Positions 17,160 to 26,745 are shown, numbered from the stretch's first letter. The stretch: 41,018 nucleotides of DNA from Candidatus Peregrinibacteria bacterium (GCA_018662075.1 JABJGX010000023.1:1-41018), one strand, 5' to 3'. Notes: generated by a model not told the origin, from the letters alone. Numbers and translations: made by a program.

Positions 17160-17830
17160 CGCTGTGCACCAATGATAACGACGAATTCTCCTTTTTTTGT
17201 AATACTTGCTGCAGTGTTTTTTAGTTCTGCAACAGTGGTATGTGTGAGTTCTTCATACATTTTTGTAAGCTCTCGTGCGACGACGACGATTCGGTCTGGT
17301 TGCTCTGTTAGTGCATCTGCAATTTCACAGAGAGTTTTTTCTATTCTGTGGACAGACTCATACAGAACGATGGTTCGTTTCTCCTCCGCAAAAGATCTGA
17401 AGAGTGTTTGTCGCCCCTTCTTTAGAGGGGGAAACCCCATGTAGACAAATTGATTAATAGGGAGGCCAGAAACAGACAATGCTGTGAGGAATGCGGATGG
17501 ACCGGGGATAGCCTCTATTGTTAGTTCTTCTTTTCGGGCTCTGGAAACAAGTGCGTATCCAGGATCAGAGATACCAGGAGTACCAGCGTCTGATACCATT
17601 ACCAAATGCTCTCCTCCTTTGAGGCGCTCTATAATACCGTCTACTTTCTCTGGTTTGGTGTATCCGTGGCAAGAGATGAACTCTTTCTTTGGGATATCTA
17701 AGTGCTTTAAAAGCTGTCCTGTTACACGGGTATCTTCACACACAATGGCATCGCAGGCCTTGAAAGTCTCAATGGCCCTTAGGGTGATATCCCCAAGGTT
17801 TCCGATGGGTGTGGCAATTATCGATAACAT
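17156..17830 (-). CDS. rsmI: 16S rRNA (cytidine1402-2'-O)-methyltransferase
   Basis: 224 aa, tetrapyrrole-methylase-fold RsmI pattern (ATPIGNLGDITLRA, CEDTR, SDAGTPGISDPG). Confidence 0.9.
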   Translation of the reverse strand: MLSIIATPIGNLGDITLRAIETFKACDAIVCEDTRVTGQLLKHLDIPKKEFISCHGYTKPEKVDGIIERLKGGEHLVMVSDAGTPGISDPGYALVSRARKEELTIEAIPGPSAFLTALSVSGLPINQFVYMGFPPLKKGRQTLFRSFAEEKRTIVLYESVHRIEKTLCEIADALTEQPDRIVVVARELTKMYEELTHTTVAELKNTAASITKKGEFVVIIGAQR

Positions 17831-17916
17831 TGCTTCTATCTTAGCAAATTCTTTGCCTTTTGCCCCTTCCTTCTGGCGGATTTTTCGGTATGATCTTCTC
17901 GTCCTATGGGATTTAT

Positions 17917-20568
17917 ATGGCTGATACCAATGACAACGCAGGCGAGCAGCAAGAGGACGCTAAGCCAAACCAAAGCGAGTTTGAACAACTGGACCTTGGT
18001 GAAACCCTCTCTTCTATTGGGCGTATTGCTCCACGCAGTATTGTCACGGAAATGGAGGAAAGCTACTTGAGCTACGCGATGAGCGTTATCGTATCTCGTG
18101 CTCTTCCAGATGCACGCGATGGACTAAAACCTGTTCACCGTAGAATTCTTTACGTTATGCACGAGCTTGGGCTTCGAAGTAATGCAAAGTTCCGAAAGTC
18201 TGCAGCAGTAGTCGGAGACGTAATGGGTAAGTATCACCCGCATGGAGATTCTTCTATTTATGATGCACTCGCACGTATGGCGCAAGACTTCTCTATGCGT
18301 CACATGCTCGTAAATGGACAGGGAAACTTCGGTTCTATCGATGGTGATAATCCAGCGGCCATGCGTTACACCGAGGCCAAGATGCAAAAGATCACAGAAG
18401 AGATCTTGCAAGATATTGAAAAAGATACTGTGCTGTTCCGACCGAATTACGATGGATCGAAGAAGGAGCCAACAGTGTTGCCAACGAAGCTTCCCGTTCT
18501 TCTCATGAACGGTACGGTTGGTATTGCGGTTGGTATGGCTACGAACATTCCACCACATAATCTTGCAGAATTGATGGCTGCAATTTTGCATATCATTGAT
18601 AATGAGGATGCAACTGTTGAAGACCTTCTGCAATATGTTCAGGGTCCAGACTTCCCAACAGGAGGAATTGTGTATGACAAAGAAGTGCTAAAGCAGGCTT
18701 ACCTAACAGGTCGTGGTAGCGTTGCTGTTCGTGGTAAGGCTGAAATCGAAGAAGGAAAGAATGGCAGATACCGTATTCGTATCTCTGAACTTCCATATCA
18801 GGTCAATAAGTCTACGATGATCGAAAAGATGGCACGTCTTGTCACTGATAAGATTATCCCTGGAGTATCAGATATCCGTGATGAGTCTGACCGTGATGGT
18901 ATTCGTGTGATTATCGAGCTCAAGAAGGAGTCGTATCCCCAGAAGGTTCTGAACCAATTGTTCAAGCATACAGATTTGCAAAATAGCTTTAGCTTCAACT
19001 GTATTTCTTTGGCAGATGGCCTTCAGCCTCGCCTCATGAACTTACTAGAGATGCTGACGATCTTCATCGATCATCGTCGTGAAGTGATCACTCGTCGTGT
19101 TACATTCGACCGCAATAAAGCACGTGATCGTGCTCATATCCTTGAAGGACTTAAAATTGCCTTGGATGACATTGATGCAGTAATCGAGACTATTAAGAAG
19201 AGTGCTGATAAAGACATTGCAAAAGATAACCTTGTAAAGAAGTTTAAGCTTTCAGACCTTCAGGCTGATGCGATCTTGCAGATGCGTCTTCAGACTTTGT
19301 CTGGTCTTGAGAGAAAGAAGCTCGAAGAGGAGCTTGCTGAAAAGTTGAAGTTCATTGCAGAGTGCGAAGCGATTCTTGCTGATAAGAAAAAGATTGATTC
19401 AATCATCAAAGATGAATGCACAAAGGTGAAAGAGTCATACGCAGAGCCTAGGCGGACTACTATTGTAAAGCATGCTATTGGACAGTTCAGCGCGAAAGAT
19501 ACTATCCCGAATTCGCCAATGATCGTAGCGCTTACCTCTGGTGGTTATGTAAAGAGGCTTTCTCCTATGCAGTTCCGTGCACAGTCTCGTGGAGGAAAGG
19601 GTGTAAAGGGAATGACAACGAAAGAAGAAGATGAGATCCAGACATTGCTTCATGTTATGAACCACGATGACTTGTTGTTCTTCACGAACACTGGTCGCGT
19701 CTTCAAGCTTCCTGCGTTCGAACTTCCACAGGGAAGTCGTATTGCAAAGGGGCAGGCGATTGTAAACTTGTTGCAGTTGCAGCCAGACGAAGTGGTGACA
19801 TCTATTTTGAAGTCAGACCTTGAAGACAGAACACACCTCTTCATGATTACAGAGCATGGAACAGTGAAGCGAACAGAGCTTTCACAGTTCGAGAACATCC
19901 GCCGCAGTGGTCTCATTGCTCAGAAGATGAACGAAGGGGATTCATTGAAGTGGGTTCTTGCAACGACTGGCAAGAGTGAAATCTTGATTGTTACCAAGAA
20001 GGGTAAGGCTATTCGATTCCCAGAAGCAGATGTTCGCGCGATGGGACGAAGTGCAGCTGGAGTTCGTGGAATTAAGCTTTCAGGAGAAGACATTGTTGTT
20101 GAAGCTGGGTCTATTGAAGAGAGTAAGACAAGCATGCTTCTTGTCGTGATGGAAAATGGACTTGGAAAGATGACTTCTGTTGAAGAGTATCGATTCCAGG
20201 GTCGTGGAGGAACGGGGGTAAAAGCAGCACAGCTTACCGCTAAAACTGGTGATATCGTTGGAGGATGCATCTTGCAGCAAGGAGAGGATGGAGATCTTCT
20301 TTGTATCAGTAAGTCAGGTCAGACTATCCGAATGCGTCTTTCAGACATTCCTTCCAGAGGACGTGCTACACAGGGAGTTATCGTTATGCGCCTTAAGGCT
20401 CGTGATAAGGTCGCTACCATGAGTGTCGTAATGGAGGATAAAGAGGGGGAAGAAGCAGTACTCGAGGCTGCAGGAGAAACGCAGGAAGAAGAGGTAGAAG
20501 CTATCAAAAAGGAAGAACGACGTGTGAAGAGGGCAGCTGCTGAGGCGAAAAAAGTAGCAAAAAACTAG
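17917..20568 (+). CDS. gyrA: DNA gyrase subunit A
   Basis: Start chosen at MADTND (ATG 17917). Contains [32 protein letters not shown] and the active-site AMRYTE, followed by C-terminal beta-pinwheel repeats and an acidic/basic tail. Confidence 0.95.
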   Translation: MADTNDNAGEQQEDAKPNQSEFEQLDLGETLSSIGRIAPRSIVTEMEESYLSYAMSVIVSRALPDARDGLKPVHRRILYVMHELGLRSNAKFRKSAAVVGDVMGKYHPHGDSSIYDALARMAQDFSMRHMLVNGQGNFGSIDGDNPAAMRYTEAKMQKITEEILQDIEKDTVLFRPNYDGSKKEPTVLPTKLPVLLMNGTVGIAVGMATNIPPHNLAELMAAILHIIDNEDATVEDLLQYVQGPDFPTGGIVYDKEVLKQAYLTGRGSVAVRGKAEIEEGKNGRYRIRISELPYQVNKSTMIEKMARLVTDKIIPGVSDIRDESDRDGIRVIIELKKESYPQKVLNQLFKHTDLQNSFSFNCISLADGLQPRLMNLLEMLTIFIDHRREVITRRVTFDRNKARDRAHILEGLKIALDDIDAVIETIKKSADKDIAKDNLVKKFKLSDLQADAILQMRLQTLSGLERKKLEEELAEKLKFIAECEAILADKKKIDSIIKDECTKVKESYAEPRRTTIVKHAIGQFSAKDTIPNSPMIVALTSGGYVKRLSPMQFRAQSRGGKGVKGMTTKEEDEIQTLLHVMNHDDLLFFTNTGRVFKLPAFELPQGSRIAKGQAIVNLLQLQPDEVVTSILKSDLEDRTHLFMITEHGTVKRTELSQFENIRRSGLIAQKMNEGDSLKWVLATTGKSEILIVTKKGKAIRFPEADVRAMGRSAAGVRGIKLSGEDIVVEAGSIEESKTSMLLVVMENGLGKMTSVEEYRFQGRGGTGVKAAQLTAKTGDIVGGCILQQGEDGDLLCISKSGQTIRMRLSDIPSRGRATQGVIVMRLKARDKVATMSVVMEDKEGEEAVLEAAGETQEEEVEAIKKEERRVKRAAAEAKKVAKN

Positions 20569-20614
20569 AAGAATCCTTGCGTTGAGAGCTAAATTCTCTA
20601 AAATCAGCACAATT

Positions 20615-20827
20615 ATGAAAGCAGCAATCCATCCAGAAGTACACGGCGACGCTAAAACCACATGTTCTACATGTGAAATGGTGTTTGAAGTGCCATCTAC
20701 TGTGAAGGAAATGACTGTTGAGCGCTGCCGTAACTGTCACCCGATTTATACTGGAAAGGTACAGGAGAAGGCTACAGGAGGACGCGTAGAGCGTTTCCAG
20801 AAGAGAATGGCTGCGAAAAAGGCTTAA
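20615..20827 (+). CDS. rpmE: 50S ribosomal protein L31 (Zn-ribbon type)
   Basis: Start at MKAAIHPE (ATG 20615), 70 aa, with CSTC ... CRNCHPIYTG motifs. Confidence 0.9.
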   Translation: MKAAIHPEVHGDAKTTCSTCEMVFEVPSTVKEMTVERCRNCHPIYTGKVQEKATGGRVERFQKRMAAKKA

Positions 20828-20866
20828 TATACACATATTTAGACTATTCATCGTTCAGTATCAGAT

Positions 20867-20893
20867 CTAGCACTCAAAGCCAAAGAATGCTAA
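20867..20893. promoter_or_regulatory. CIRCE operator (HrcA binding site)
   Basis: CTAGCACTC-N9-GAATGCTAA compared with the consensus TTAGCACTC-N9-GAGTGCTAA. Each arm matches 8/9, the spacer is exactly 9 nt, and the element ends 10 nt before the hrcA ATG. Confidence 0.75.
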
Positions 20894-20902
20894 AATATAT
20901 AT

Positions 20903-21613
20903 ATGAATGATCGTCAATCCCGTCTCCTAGCAGCGATTATAGACCAGTTTATTGAGACTGCGGGTCCGGTAGGATCGAAGAAACTTTTGGAGTCAGGAGA
21001 GTTTAATTGTAGTAGTGCAACTATTAGAAATGAAATGGGAATGCTTGAAGATGAAGGTTTTCTAGAGCAGCCACATATTTCAGCTGGACGCGTCCCAACT
21101 GCGTCTGGATATCGGTTGTATGTTCGGCAGTACATGAAGCCAAACAGTAGGGAAGCGGTGGTACGTAAGAAGTTTGAATCGTTAAAATCTTTTTACTTAG
21201 AACAGAAAGACCAAGAGAAGGTATATGAGGCAGTGGCACTTCTTACGCATATGATTCCAAATGTTGCTTTTGCAACTGTTCCACATAAGTCTCGTGTGTA
21301 TTATCTGGGCCTTTCAAATGTACTAAAGCAGCCAGAGTTTCAAGCTAATCCGACTCTTGCGAGTGGTATTGCTGAAGTCCTAGAAGACCACCTGACAGAA
21401 ACATTGTCTTCTATGGATATTAACGAAAAGATTCACTATTACATTGGAGAAGAGAATGTCCTCGAACAGATCCATAGTTGTTCCATGATGGTGACCAAGT
21501 ACACTGTACGTGGGGAAGAGGGGGTGATTGGAATACTTGGACCAATGCGTATGGATTACGGGTATAATACTGTGGCACTCGACATGATTACCGAACTCTT
21601 AAAAACAGAATAA
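20903..21613 (+). CDS. hrcA: heat-inducible transcription repressor HrcA, shortened form
   Basis: The N-terminal wHTH has RQSRLLAAIIDQFIETAGPVGSKKL ... SSATIRNEMGMLEDEGFLEQPHISAGRVPT. The C-terminal segment is GVIGILGPMRMDYG. It is 236 aa, against about 340 aa for typical HrcA. Confidence 0.85.
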   Translation: MNDRQSRLLAAIIDQFIETAGPVGSKKLLESGEFNCSSATIRNEMGMLEDEGFLEQPHISAGRVPTASGYRLYVRQYMKPNSREAVVRKKFESLKSFYLEQKDQEKVYEAVALLTHMIPNVAFATVPHKSRVYYLGLSNVLKQPEFQANPTLASGIAEVLEDHLTETLSSMDINEKIHYYIGEENVLEQIHSCSMMVTKYTVRGEEGVIGILGPMRMDYGYNTVALDMITELLKTE

Positions 21614-24279
21614 TGACATCAACACTCCTTCAGATTCGTCCTTCCCAGGAAAACGAACGCGGCCCGCTCTACGCGGAGTCTGCAATTTCTGCATTGCACT
21701 CCCTTCCCGGAAAGAATCCCGTAGGACTCGAGATTGGTATGGCTCCGAATGGAAAGATTGGATTCTATGTCCGTTCTTCTGCCGATGCCGTGCGTCTTAC
21801 AGAGTCTCAGTTGTATGCCCAGTATCCAGATATCGATATTGAATATATAAAAGAAGATCCATTTTCTGCGTCGGAGGATGAAGTGGTGCTGTCGGTAGAT
21901 TTGGTGTTAACAGACCCCGAGATCTTCCCTATCAAACGTCACCCTCAGTTCGATGACATGCTTACACGAGTAAACGTGGACCCGATTGCGGGTATTACAT
22001 CGACACTGTCACGTTATCCTGTTCCTGGTATTCGGGGACATGTATCTGTTGTTATATGTCCACTAACAGGAGATTTCAGACGTCGCGCTTTGCGATTCTT
22101 GCCTCTGCTAGAGAAAGGAATGTCTGCGGTTTCGGTTCGTCATGCAGCACTTTTTTCTCGTATGCAACTAGCACGTGGATGGAGGCGATATGTGTACATG
22201 CCGTTTGCATTACTCCTTGGAGGTTTTCGCGCCTGGCCTGGGTTTTCAAAGTTCTTGAAAGCACCATCTCTGTTCGGTACAGAGTCTTCATATGACCCAG
22301 ATGATATGGCGCAGGCAAGTGCACGAACGCATGATAGAGAAGATGGAATTACAGGTTCTGCTGATAAGATGAATCGGCTGCTGTTTACGTGTAATGTACG
22401 CCTCAGTGTTATTTGCCCTAAAGAGCATAAGACTCTCGGGGAAGAGAAGCTTCGTGAAATGATTGGAAGCTTCAGGCAGTTTGCGCTGCCACATTCTAAT
22501 GCTTTTGGTGCTGACAAGGTACAGGCAGAGGCTGCGGTGCATCATGGTATGCGTTCTCGTCCATATGTACTGTCAACGGAAGAAATTGCTACCGTGTGGC
22601 ACATGCCAACGATCTTGGTTCAGACACCAAATGTCGATTGGGTGCTCAGTAGGAAGCTAGAGCCACCGAATAACTTGCCACTTGCAGAGAGGGAAGATGT
22701 TACAGTACTTGGTGAAGCGGTGTTCCGTGGTGAGCGTCATAGGTTTGGTATCCAGCCAATAGACCGAGGACGACATGCGTATATTATTGGAAAAACAGGT
22801 ATGGGTAAGTCTACTATTTTAGAGAACATGGTATTTTCAGATATTCATGCAGGAAAAGGAGTTGCAGTGATAGATCCTCATGGAGACTTGATTGATGCAA
22901 TTTTGAAGTTCATTCCGAAAAGTCGCAGCAATGATGTGGTTCTTTTCGATCCATCAGATAAGGAATTCCCTCTGTCATTTAATGTTTTGGATTGTCCAGA
23001 TCCAAGCCAGCGAGATCTCGTTGCCTCTGGTCTTATGAGTGTCTTTATGAAGATGTGGCCAGACTCATTTTCGGGTCGTATGGAGCATATCCTTCGTAAT
23101 ACCTTACTTGCCCTTTTGGAAGCAGAGGGTTCTTCGATGCTTGGAATTATGCGTATGTATGCAGACGATTCTTACAGAGCAAAAGTAGTGTCGACAGTGA
23201 CGGACCCAATGGTAAAAAGCTTCTGGAATGATGAATATGCAGTGTGGACAGAGAAGTACAGAACAGAAGCTGTTGCTGCTATTCAAAATAAGGTTGGACA
23301 GTTGCTCTCCACACCTCTGATTCGAAACATTGTTGGACAGGTACAGAGTCGATTAGATATTCGTCATTCAATGGATACAGGAAAAATTATTTTGGTGAAT
23401 TTGAGTAAAGGAAAACTCGGAGAGGATGCATCTGCATTCCTTGGGTCTATGCTTGTAACGAAGTTTCAGATCGACGCCATGAGTAGGGCAGATATTCCAG
23501 AGGAAGAACGTAAAGATTTCTACCTGTACGTGGATGAATTCCAAAACTTTGCGACAGAATCTTTTGCGACGATTCTCTCTGAGGCTCGTAAATACCGCCT
23601 TAACCTGACGATGGCTAACCAGTATGTAGCACAGTTATTGATAGGTGATAACGGTACAAAGTTACGTGATGCTGTATTTGGTAATGTTGGTTCATTGTTC
23701 TCTTTCCAGGTGGGAAGTGATGATGCAGAGGTGCTGAGTTTGCAGTTCGAAGAAGCGGTAACACCGAAAGATATTCTCAGCCTTCCAAAGTATCACGCGT
23801 ATATGCGATTGATGATTGATGGAATTCCGAGTAAACCTTTCTCTGTATCGACATTACCGCCACCAGTTTTTGAACAAGACCCGGGTAGGGTCGAAAAGAT
23901 TCGTGAAATGTCTCGTGAACGCTATACCGAAAAGAGGTCAGTTATCGAGGAGAAGATTTTGCGTTGGGCAGCGTCTGCTGCAGAGGGAAGAAGTAATGCA
24001 AAGGTCGCATCAAAGGCTAAGGAAAAAGAAGATGAAGAAATAAAGAAGGCACGGAAGAAGGGGATGAAGCTTCCTGAATACAGAGCATGGAGAGATAGAG
24101 AAATGTGGATGAATGATTATAATATGATTCGAAAAAAATCTTTGCTCGGAGAACCGTTGAACGCAGATGAAGAAAAGACAAAGATAGATTTAGAAAAGAA
24201 GCTCGAGACCTCTGGTGGAATTCCTGAAATCAGCAAGGGCTTACAGGCAGAGCTAGACAAGAAGAATGGAGCTGCTTAG
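21613..24279 (+). CDS. FtsK/HerA/TraD(VirD4)-superfamily P-loop NTPase with a large N-terminal domain of unknown function and a K/E-rich tail
   Basis: 888 aa. Walker A is IIGKTGMGKST, followed by VIDPHGDL. Walker B is FYLYVDEFQNF, followed by LTMANQYVAQL. The start ATG overlaps the hrcA stop (TAATG). No N-terminal TM helices. Confidence 0.75.
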   Translation: MTSTLLQIRPSQENERGPLYAESAISALHSLPGKNPVGLEIGMAPNGKIGFYVRSSADAVRLTESQLYAQYPDIDIEYIKEDPFSASEDEVVLSVDLVLTDPEIFPIKRHPQFDDMLTRVNVDPIAGITSTLSRYPVPGIRGHVSVVICPLTGDFRRRALRFLPLLEKGMSAVSVRHAALFSRMQLARGWRRYVYMPFALLLGGFRAWPGFSKFLKAPSLFGTESSYDPDDMAQASARTHDREDGITGSADKMNRLLFTCNVRLSVICPKEHKTLGEEKLREMIGSFRQFALPHSNAFGADKVQAEAAVHHGMRSRPYVLSTEEIATVWHMPTILVQTPNVDWVLSRKLEPPNNLPLAEREDVTVLGEAVFRGERHRFGIQPIDRGRHAYIIGKTGMGKSTILENMVFSDIHAGKGVAVIDPHGDLIDAILKFIPKSRSNDVVLFDPSDKEFPLSFNVLDCPDPSQRDLVASGLMSVFMKMWPDSFSGRMEHILRNTLLALLEAEGSSMLGIMRMYADDSYRAKVVSTVTDPMVKSFWNDEYAVWTEKYRTEAVAAIQNKVGQLLSTPLIRNIVGQVQSRLDIRHSMDTGKIILVNLSKGKLGEDASAFLGSMLVTKFQIDAMSRADIPEEERKDFYLYVDEFQNFATESFATILSEARKYRLNLTMANQYVAQLLIGDNGTKLRDAVFGNVGSLFSFQVGSDDAEVLSLQFEEAVTPKDILSLPKYHAYMRLMIDGIPSKPFSVSTLPPPVFEQDPGRVEKIREMSRERYTEKRSVIEEKILRWAASAAEGRSNAKVASKAKEKEDEEIKKARKKGMKLPEYRAWRDREMWMNDYNMIRKKSLLGEPLNADEEKTKIDLEKKLETSGGIPEISKGLQAELDKKNGAA

Positions 24280-24644
24280 TACTGAGGAGTTCCGTAGTCG
24301 CAGATGGCGTATCGTGTTCGTGGTGCTGTACTTCTTTTGTAGTCGTCGTATTGGCAGTCCGAGTAGTTAAGGTCTGATCCAAGGAAAGAGGAGACTCTGC
24401 GGTAATAGTTTTTCTGTTTATTTGGGACGTTCTCTGTAATGTAGCTGAAGATAACGCAGTCTCCCCAAGAGTTTCGTTTCTTACATTCGAATCCTGGATA
24501 GCGAGTTGCATCGAGTCCACGGTATTGGATTTCGATTCCAAGTACACGTGGAACCCAGTCCCAACTGAGTGCCTGGGCCTGCTCGGGTGTCGCTAATGTT
24601 ACTGCGAAGAGTAGGCTCGCCAAAAGTGATGAATATCGCTTCAT
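24276..24644 (-). CDS. small secreted Cys/Tyr/Arg-rich protein
   Basis: 122 aa. Signal peptide MKRYSSLLASLLFAVTLATPEQAQA. The mature part has 4 Cys and is Y/R/N-rich. Confidence 0.6.
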   Translation of the reverse strand: MKRYSSLLASLLFAVTLATPEQAQALSWDWVPRVLGIEIQYRGLDATRYPGFECKKRNSWGDCVIFSYITENVPNKQKNYYRRVSSFLGSDLNYSDCQYDDYKRSTAPRTRYAICDYGTPQY

Positions 24645-24682
24645 AAGGCGGGTATAGTATGTTTATGACCTAATTTTGTCAA

Positions 24683-25579
24683 TTAAACCAGTGTCTGTTT
24701 TTTAAGGCGTAGATTGTGCTGATAAGCGCAGTTTTTGCTACATGTGGTGTGATCCATGGACCCTTGGCATCGTATGCACATCACACCGTCTTTTGAACAG
24801 TGCTCACAGCTAATATTCTGGTCTCCTGGGTCTCCGCAGTGTGGACAGAGTCCGTAGCGATCTGAGGGCATCATATCCTTATTTACGGCTACTCTGTGGT
24901 CGAATACGAAGCATTCCCCCTGCCATTTGTGATCTGGACGCTCTTTCATGTATCTGAGTATCCCTCCATCTAGCTGATAGACGTTGGTATAGCCCTGTCT
25001 TTCCATCTCTAGGCTTGCTTTTTCACAGCGAATACCGCCTGTGCAGTACATAAGAACTTTTTGATCCTTTGAAATACCGGAGTTCTTTACGTATTCAGGG
25101 AATTCTTGGAAAGTTTTCAGATTCGGATCAATGGCACCCTCAAAGATACCAATCTCTGTTTCGTAGTCATTTCGTGTGTCGAGGACAATAACATCTTCTT
25201 CGTTGATCATCCTATCCCATTCCTCTGGTGAAATGTGGTTGTGATGCCCATTTGGAACAATGTCTGTATTACCGAGTGAGACGATTTCCTTACGAATCTT
25301 TACAAACCATCGCTTGAATGGCTCCTCATCTGCGTAAGAATCCTTAAAGGACATTTTTCCAAATATGCTCTCTAGCTTATTTTTCCACTGCTGAAGATAC
25401 TCTTCAGATTCTGCAGAAACTGTACCATTAAGCCCCTCAGCTCCTATTAGTACCAATCCGCTTATACCGATACTTTCACCAAATGACTTCAGATCTTCCT
25501 GCAGAGTAGTAAGATTTTCTTCATCCTGTGGCACGAACTTGTAATGGGCTGATATGTAGAACATGGCCCTACTATACAT
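24683..25579 (-). CDS. trhO: rhodanese-domain tRNA uridine(34) hydroxylase (UPF0176/YceA family)
   Basis: Contains YKFVP near the N-terminus, the rhodanese loop MYCTGGIRCEKAS, and a C-terminal Cys cluster CPHCG...CEHC...CIRC. The start is moved to ATG 25579 (or 25564), because the track start at 25624 lies inside the upstream gene's terminator hairpin. Confidence 0.8.
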   Translation of the reverse strand: MYSRAMFYISAHYKFVPQDEENLTTLQEDLKSFGESIGISGLVLIGAEGLNGTVSAESEEYLQQWKNKLESIFGKMSFKDSYADEEPFKRWFVKIRKEIVSLGNTDIVPNGHHNHISPEEWDRMINEEDVIVLDTRNDYETEIGIFEGAIDPNLKTFQEFPEYVKNSGISKDQKVLMYCTGGIRCEKASLEMERQGYTNVYQLDGGILRYMKERPDHKWQGECFVFDHRVAVNKDMMPSDRYGLCPHCGDPGDQNISCEHCSKDGVMCIRCQGSMDHTTCSKNCAYQHNLRLKKQTLV

Positions 25580-25602
25580 AAAGACCCTATGTGCTTGGCA
25601 AT

Positions 25603-25630
25603 AAAAAAAGACCGGAACCTTCAACCGGTC
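25603..25630 (-). terminator. rho-independent terminator of the 148-aa secreted-protein gene
   Basis: On the minus strand, GACCGG-uugaagguu-CCGGUC is followed by UUUUUUU. Confidence 0.7.
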
Positions 25631-25657
25631 TTTCTATAACCTTCTTCAGCCTAATCT

Positions 25658-26104
25658 TTATCGATTGTAGGATCTGCAATCTCTTCCTGTGCAGTAGGTA
25701 CGAGTAGATTCGTATTCGTAGTATGTGTCCCCTTCGTCGTAGTAGTTGCGCCATTCTCCATTTCCTTCGTAGCGGAAGTTTCGATATTGAGAGTTAGAGT
25801 ATCTGTTGTTCCATGTACTTGGCTGCACTGCACTTGCATTGAACATGCTGTTGAATGGATACGTTAACCTGAGATGATAAGGATTACTTGTTTGATAACT
25901 TAAACAACTTCCTGAAATGTCACGGTAGTAACAAGAATAGGTTGGGTAGTAACTTACAGCCTCTGCTTTTTGGATCCCAAGTGGGAGTAGGGCAGTTGCA
26001 GTAATGATTATTGTCGCCAGTAATGGTAGGAACTTTTTCTTCACCCCACTACGTCTTATGGACTTCGAGGGGCAAGTATCTATTATTGTGCGTGATGTAA
26101 TCAT
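25658..26104 (-). CDS. small secreted Tyr/Asn/Arg-rich protein with 4 mature-region Cys
   Basis: 148 aa. It has a hydrophobic signal/anchor (FLPLLATIIITATALLPLGIQKAEA). The mature part is about 19 percent Tyr (about 12 percent over the full protein). Confidence 0.6.
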   Translation of the reverse strand: MITSRTIIDTCPSKSIRRSGVKKKFLPLLATIIITATALLPLGIQKAEAVSYYPTYSCYYRDISGSCLSYQTSNPYHLRLTYPFNSMFNASAVQPSTWNNRYSNSQYRNFRYEGNGEWRNYYDEGDTYYEYESTRTYCTGRDCRSYNR

Positions 26105-26162
26105 AATTATATGGGGGACAGAAGGAGAGTAGCGTACGTCTAGTTCTTTATTTTTGCAATAT

Positions 26163-26212
26163 AAAAAAACTGACTATCAGCACCTAGATAAAGGTCGGTA
26201 CGAAGTCAGTTT
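26163..26212 (-). terminator. possible intrinsic terminator (large loop) ending a minus-strand transcript inside the 26105-26745 gap
   Basis: The stem pairs 26204-26212 with 26167-26175 and is followed by a U-run on the minus strand (plus-strand A7 at 26163-26169). The 28-nt loop is atypical. Confidence 0.35.
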
Positions 26213-26288
26213 GTATTTGTGTTATCTTTCTGCCGCATTAGGGTACCTTATTTATACTCGTGACCTGGCGAGTCCCTCGGAACTGATT

Positions 26289-26360
26289 TCAGCAAAGCGT
26301 GAGCCAAGGAAACCAAGAGGAATTAGGGGGGCATTCTGTAGCAGAGAGAATGGTAACCAT
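26289..26360 (-). pseudogene. possible decayed duplicate of the 5' end of the 25658-26104 gene
   Basis: The 17-mer GTAAYCATAATTATATG occurs at 26097-26113, spanning the real start codon, and at 26353-26369 (16/17 identical). The second copy opens a 23-codon ORF MVTILSATECPPNSS... resembling MITSRTIIDTCPSKS... of the real gene, then stops. Confidence 0.35.
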
Positions 26361-26382
26361 AATTATATGATTACTATTCTCT
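26345..26382. repeat. 12-bp inverted repeat around a 14-bp AT-rich spacer
   Basis: AGAGAATGGTAA (26345-26356) and TTACTATTCTCT (26371-26382) are complementary apart from one G-U-type mismatch. Confidence 0.7.
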
Positions 26383-26745
26383 TTACTCATCTGTGGTGTG
26401 AAGGATCTTATTTAGAAGTTGTCGGAACTCCGGTGTCTGTTTGTATTTATTTTTTGTATTTGCTCCTTTTGTATTTGTTTTTGGTCGGAGCTCCGACTGT
26501 GAGTGCACAGTTCACCGAGGTGAACTAGGGCTGATGGACTTATAGCCTCTCTCGAGGTGGCGATCTGTACTGGACAAATCATGTTATCTTATCAACTAAA
26601 AAATATTCTGCAACTTTTCCAAGTTCCCTTAGTATCAAATATATTTTATGAATACAAAATTTATACAATACTTAACATTACCTTTTATGCTTTAGGTAAA
26701 AGGAAAAACTACAATTTGTGTATCAAATATGTATTCTCAGGTTTT

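Noticed and set aside
17860-17916. Upstream extensions of gyrA (17860), rpmE (20582), dcd (34612), the GT-C glycosyltransferase (37005), the SLH protein (38413) and trhO (25624) as given in the ORF track
   Set aside because: Family-typical N-termini begin at internal ATGs. The extensions overlap neighbouring genes or terminator hairpins and are compositionally aberrant.
26345-26382. dif/Xer recombination site (GGTAACCATAA-TTATAT-GATTAC...)
   Set aside because: The left arm matches the E. coli XerC arm at 8/11. The normally better conserved XerD arm (TTATGTTAAAT) is not present. The similarity is explained by the 17-mer duplication and the inverted repeat.
26265-26535. RNase P RNA on the plus strand (GAGUCCCU ... 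AGAGAG ... GUGAAGG ... GUGAACUAGGGCU in the right order, with a possible bulged-U P4 pairing)
   Set aside because: The universally conserved CR-I (G-N-A-A-N-N-U-C-N-G-N-G, i.e. GGAAAGUCC) and CR-V (ACANAANNNGGCUUA) patterns are not satisfied; the two catalytic A residues are missing. A roughly 50-nt U-rich tract interrupts the would-be core. It needs cmscan to exclude formally.
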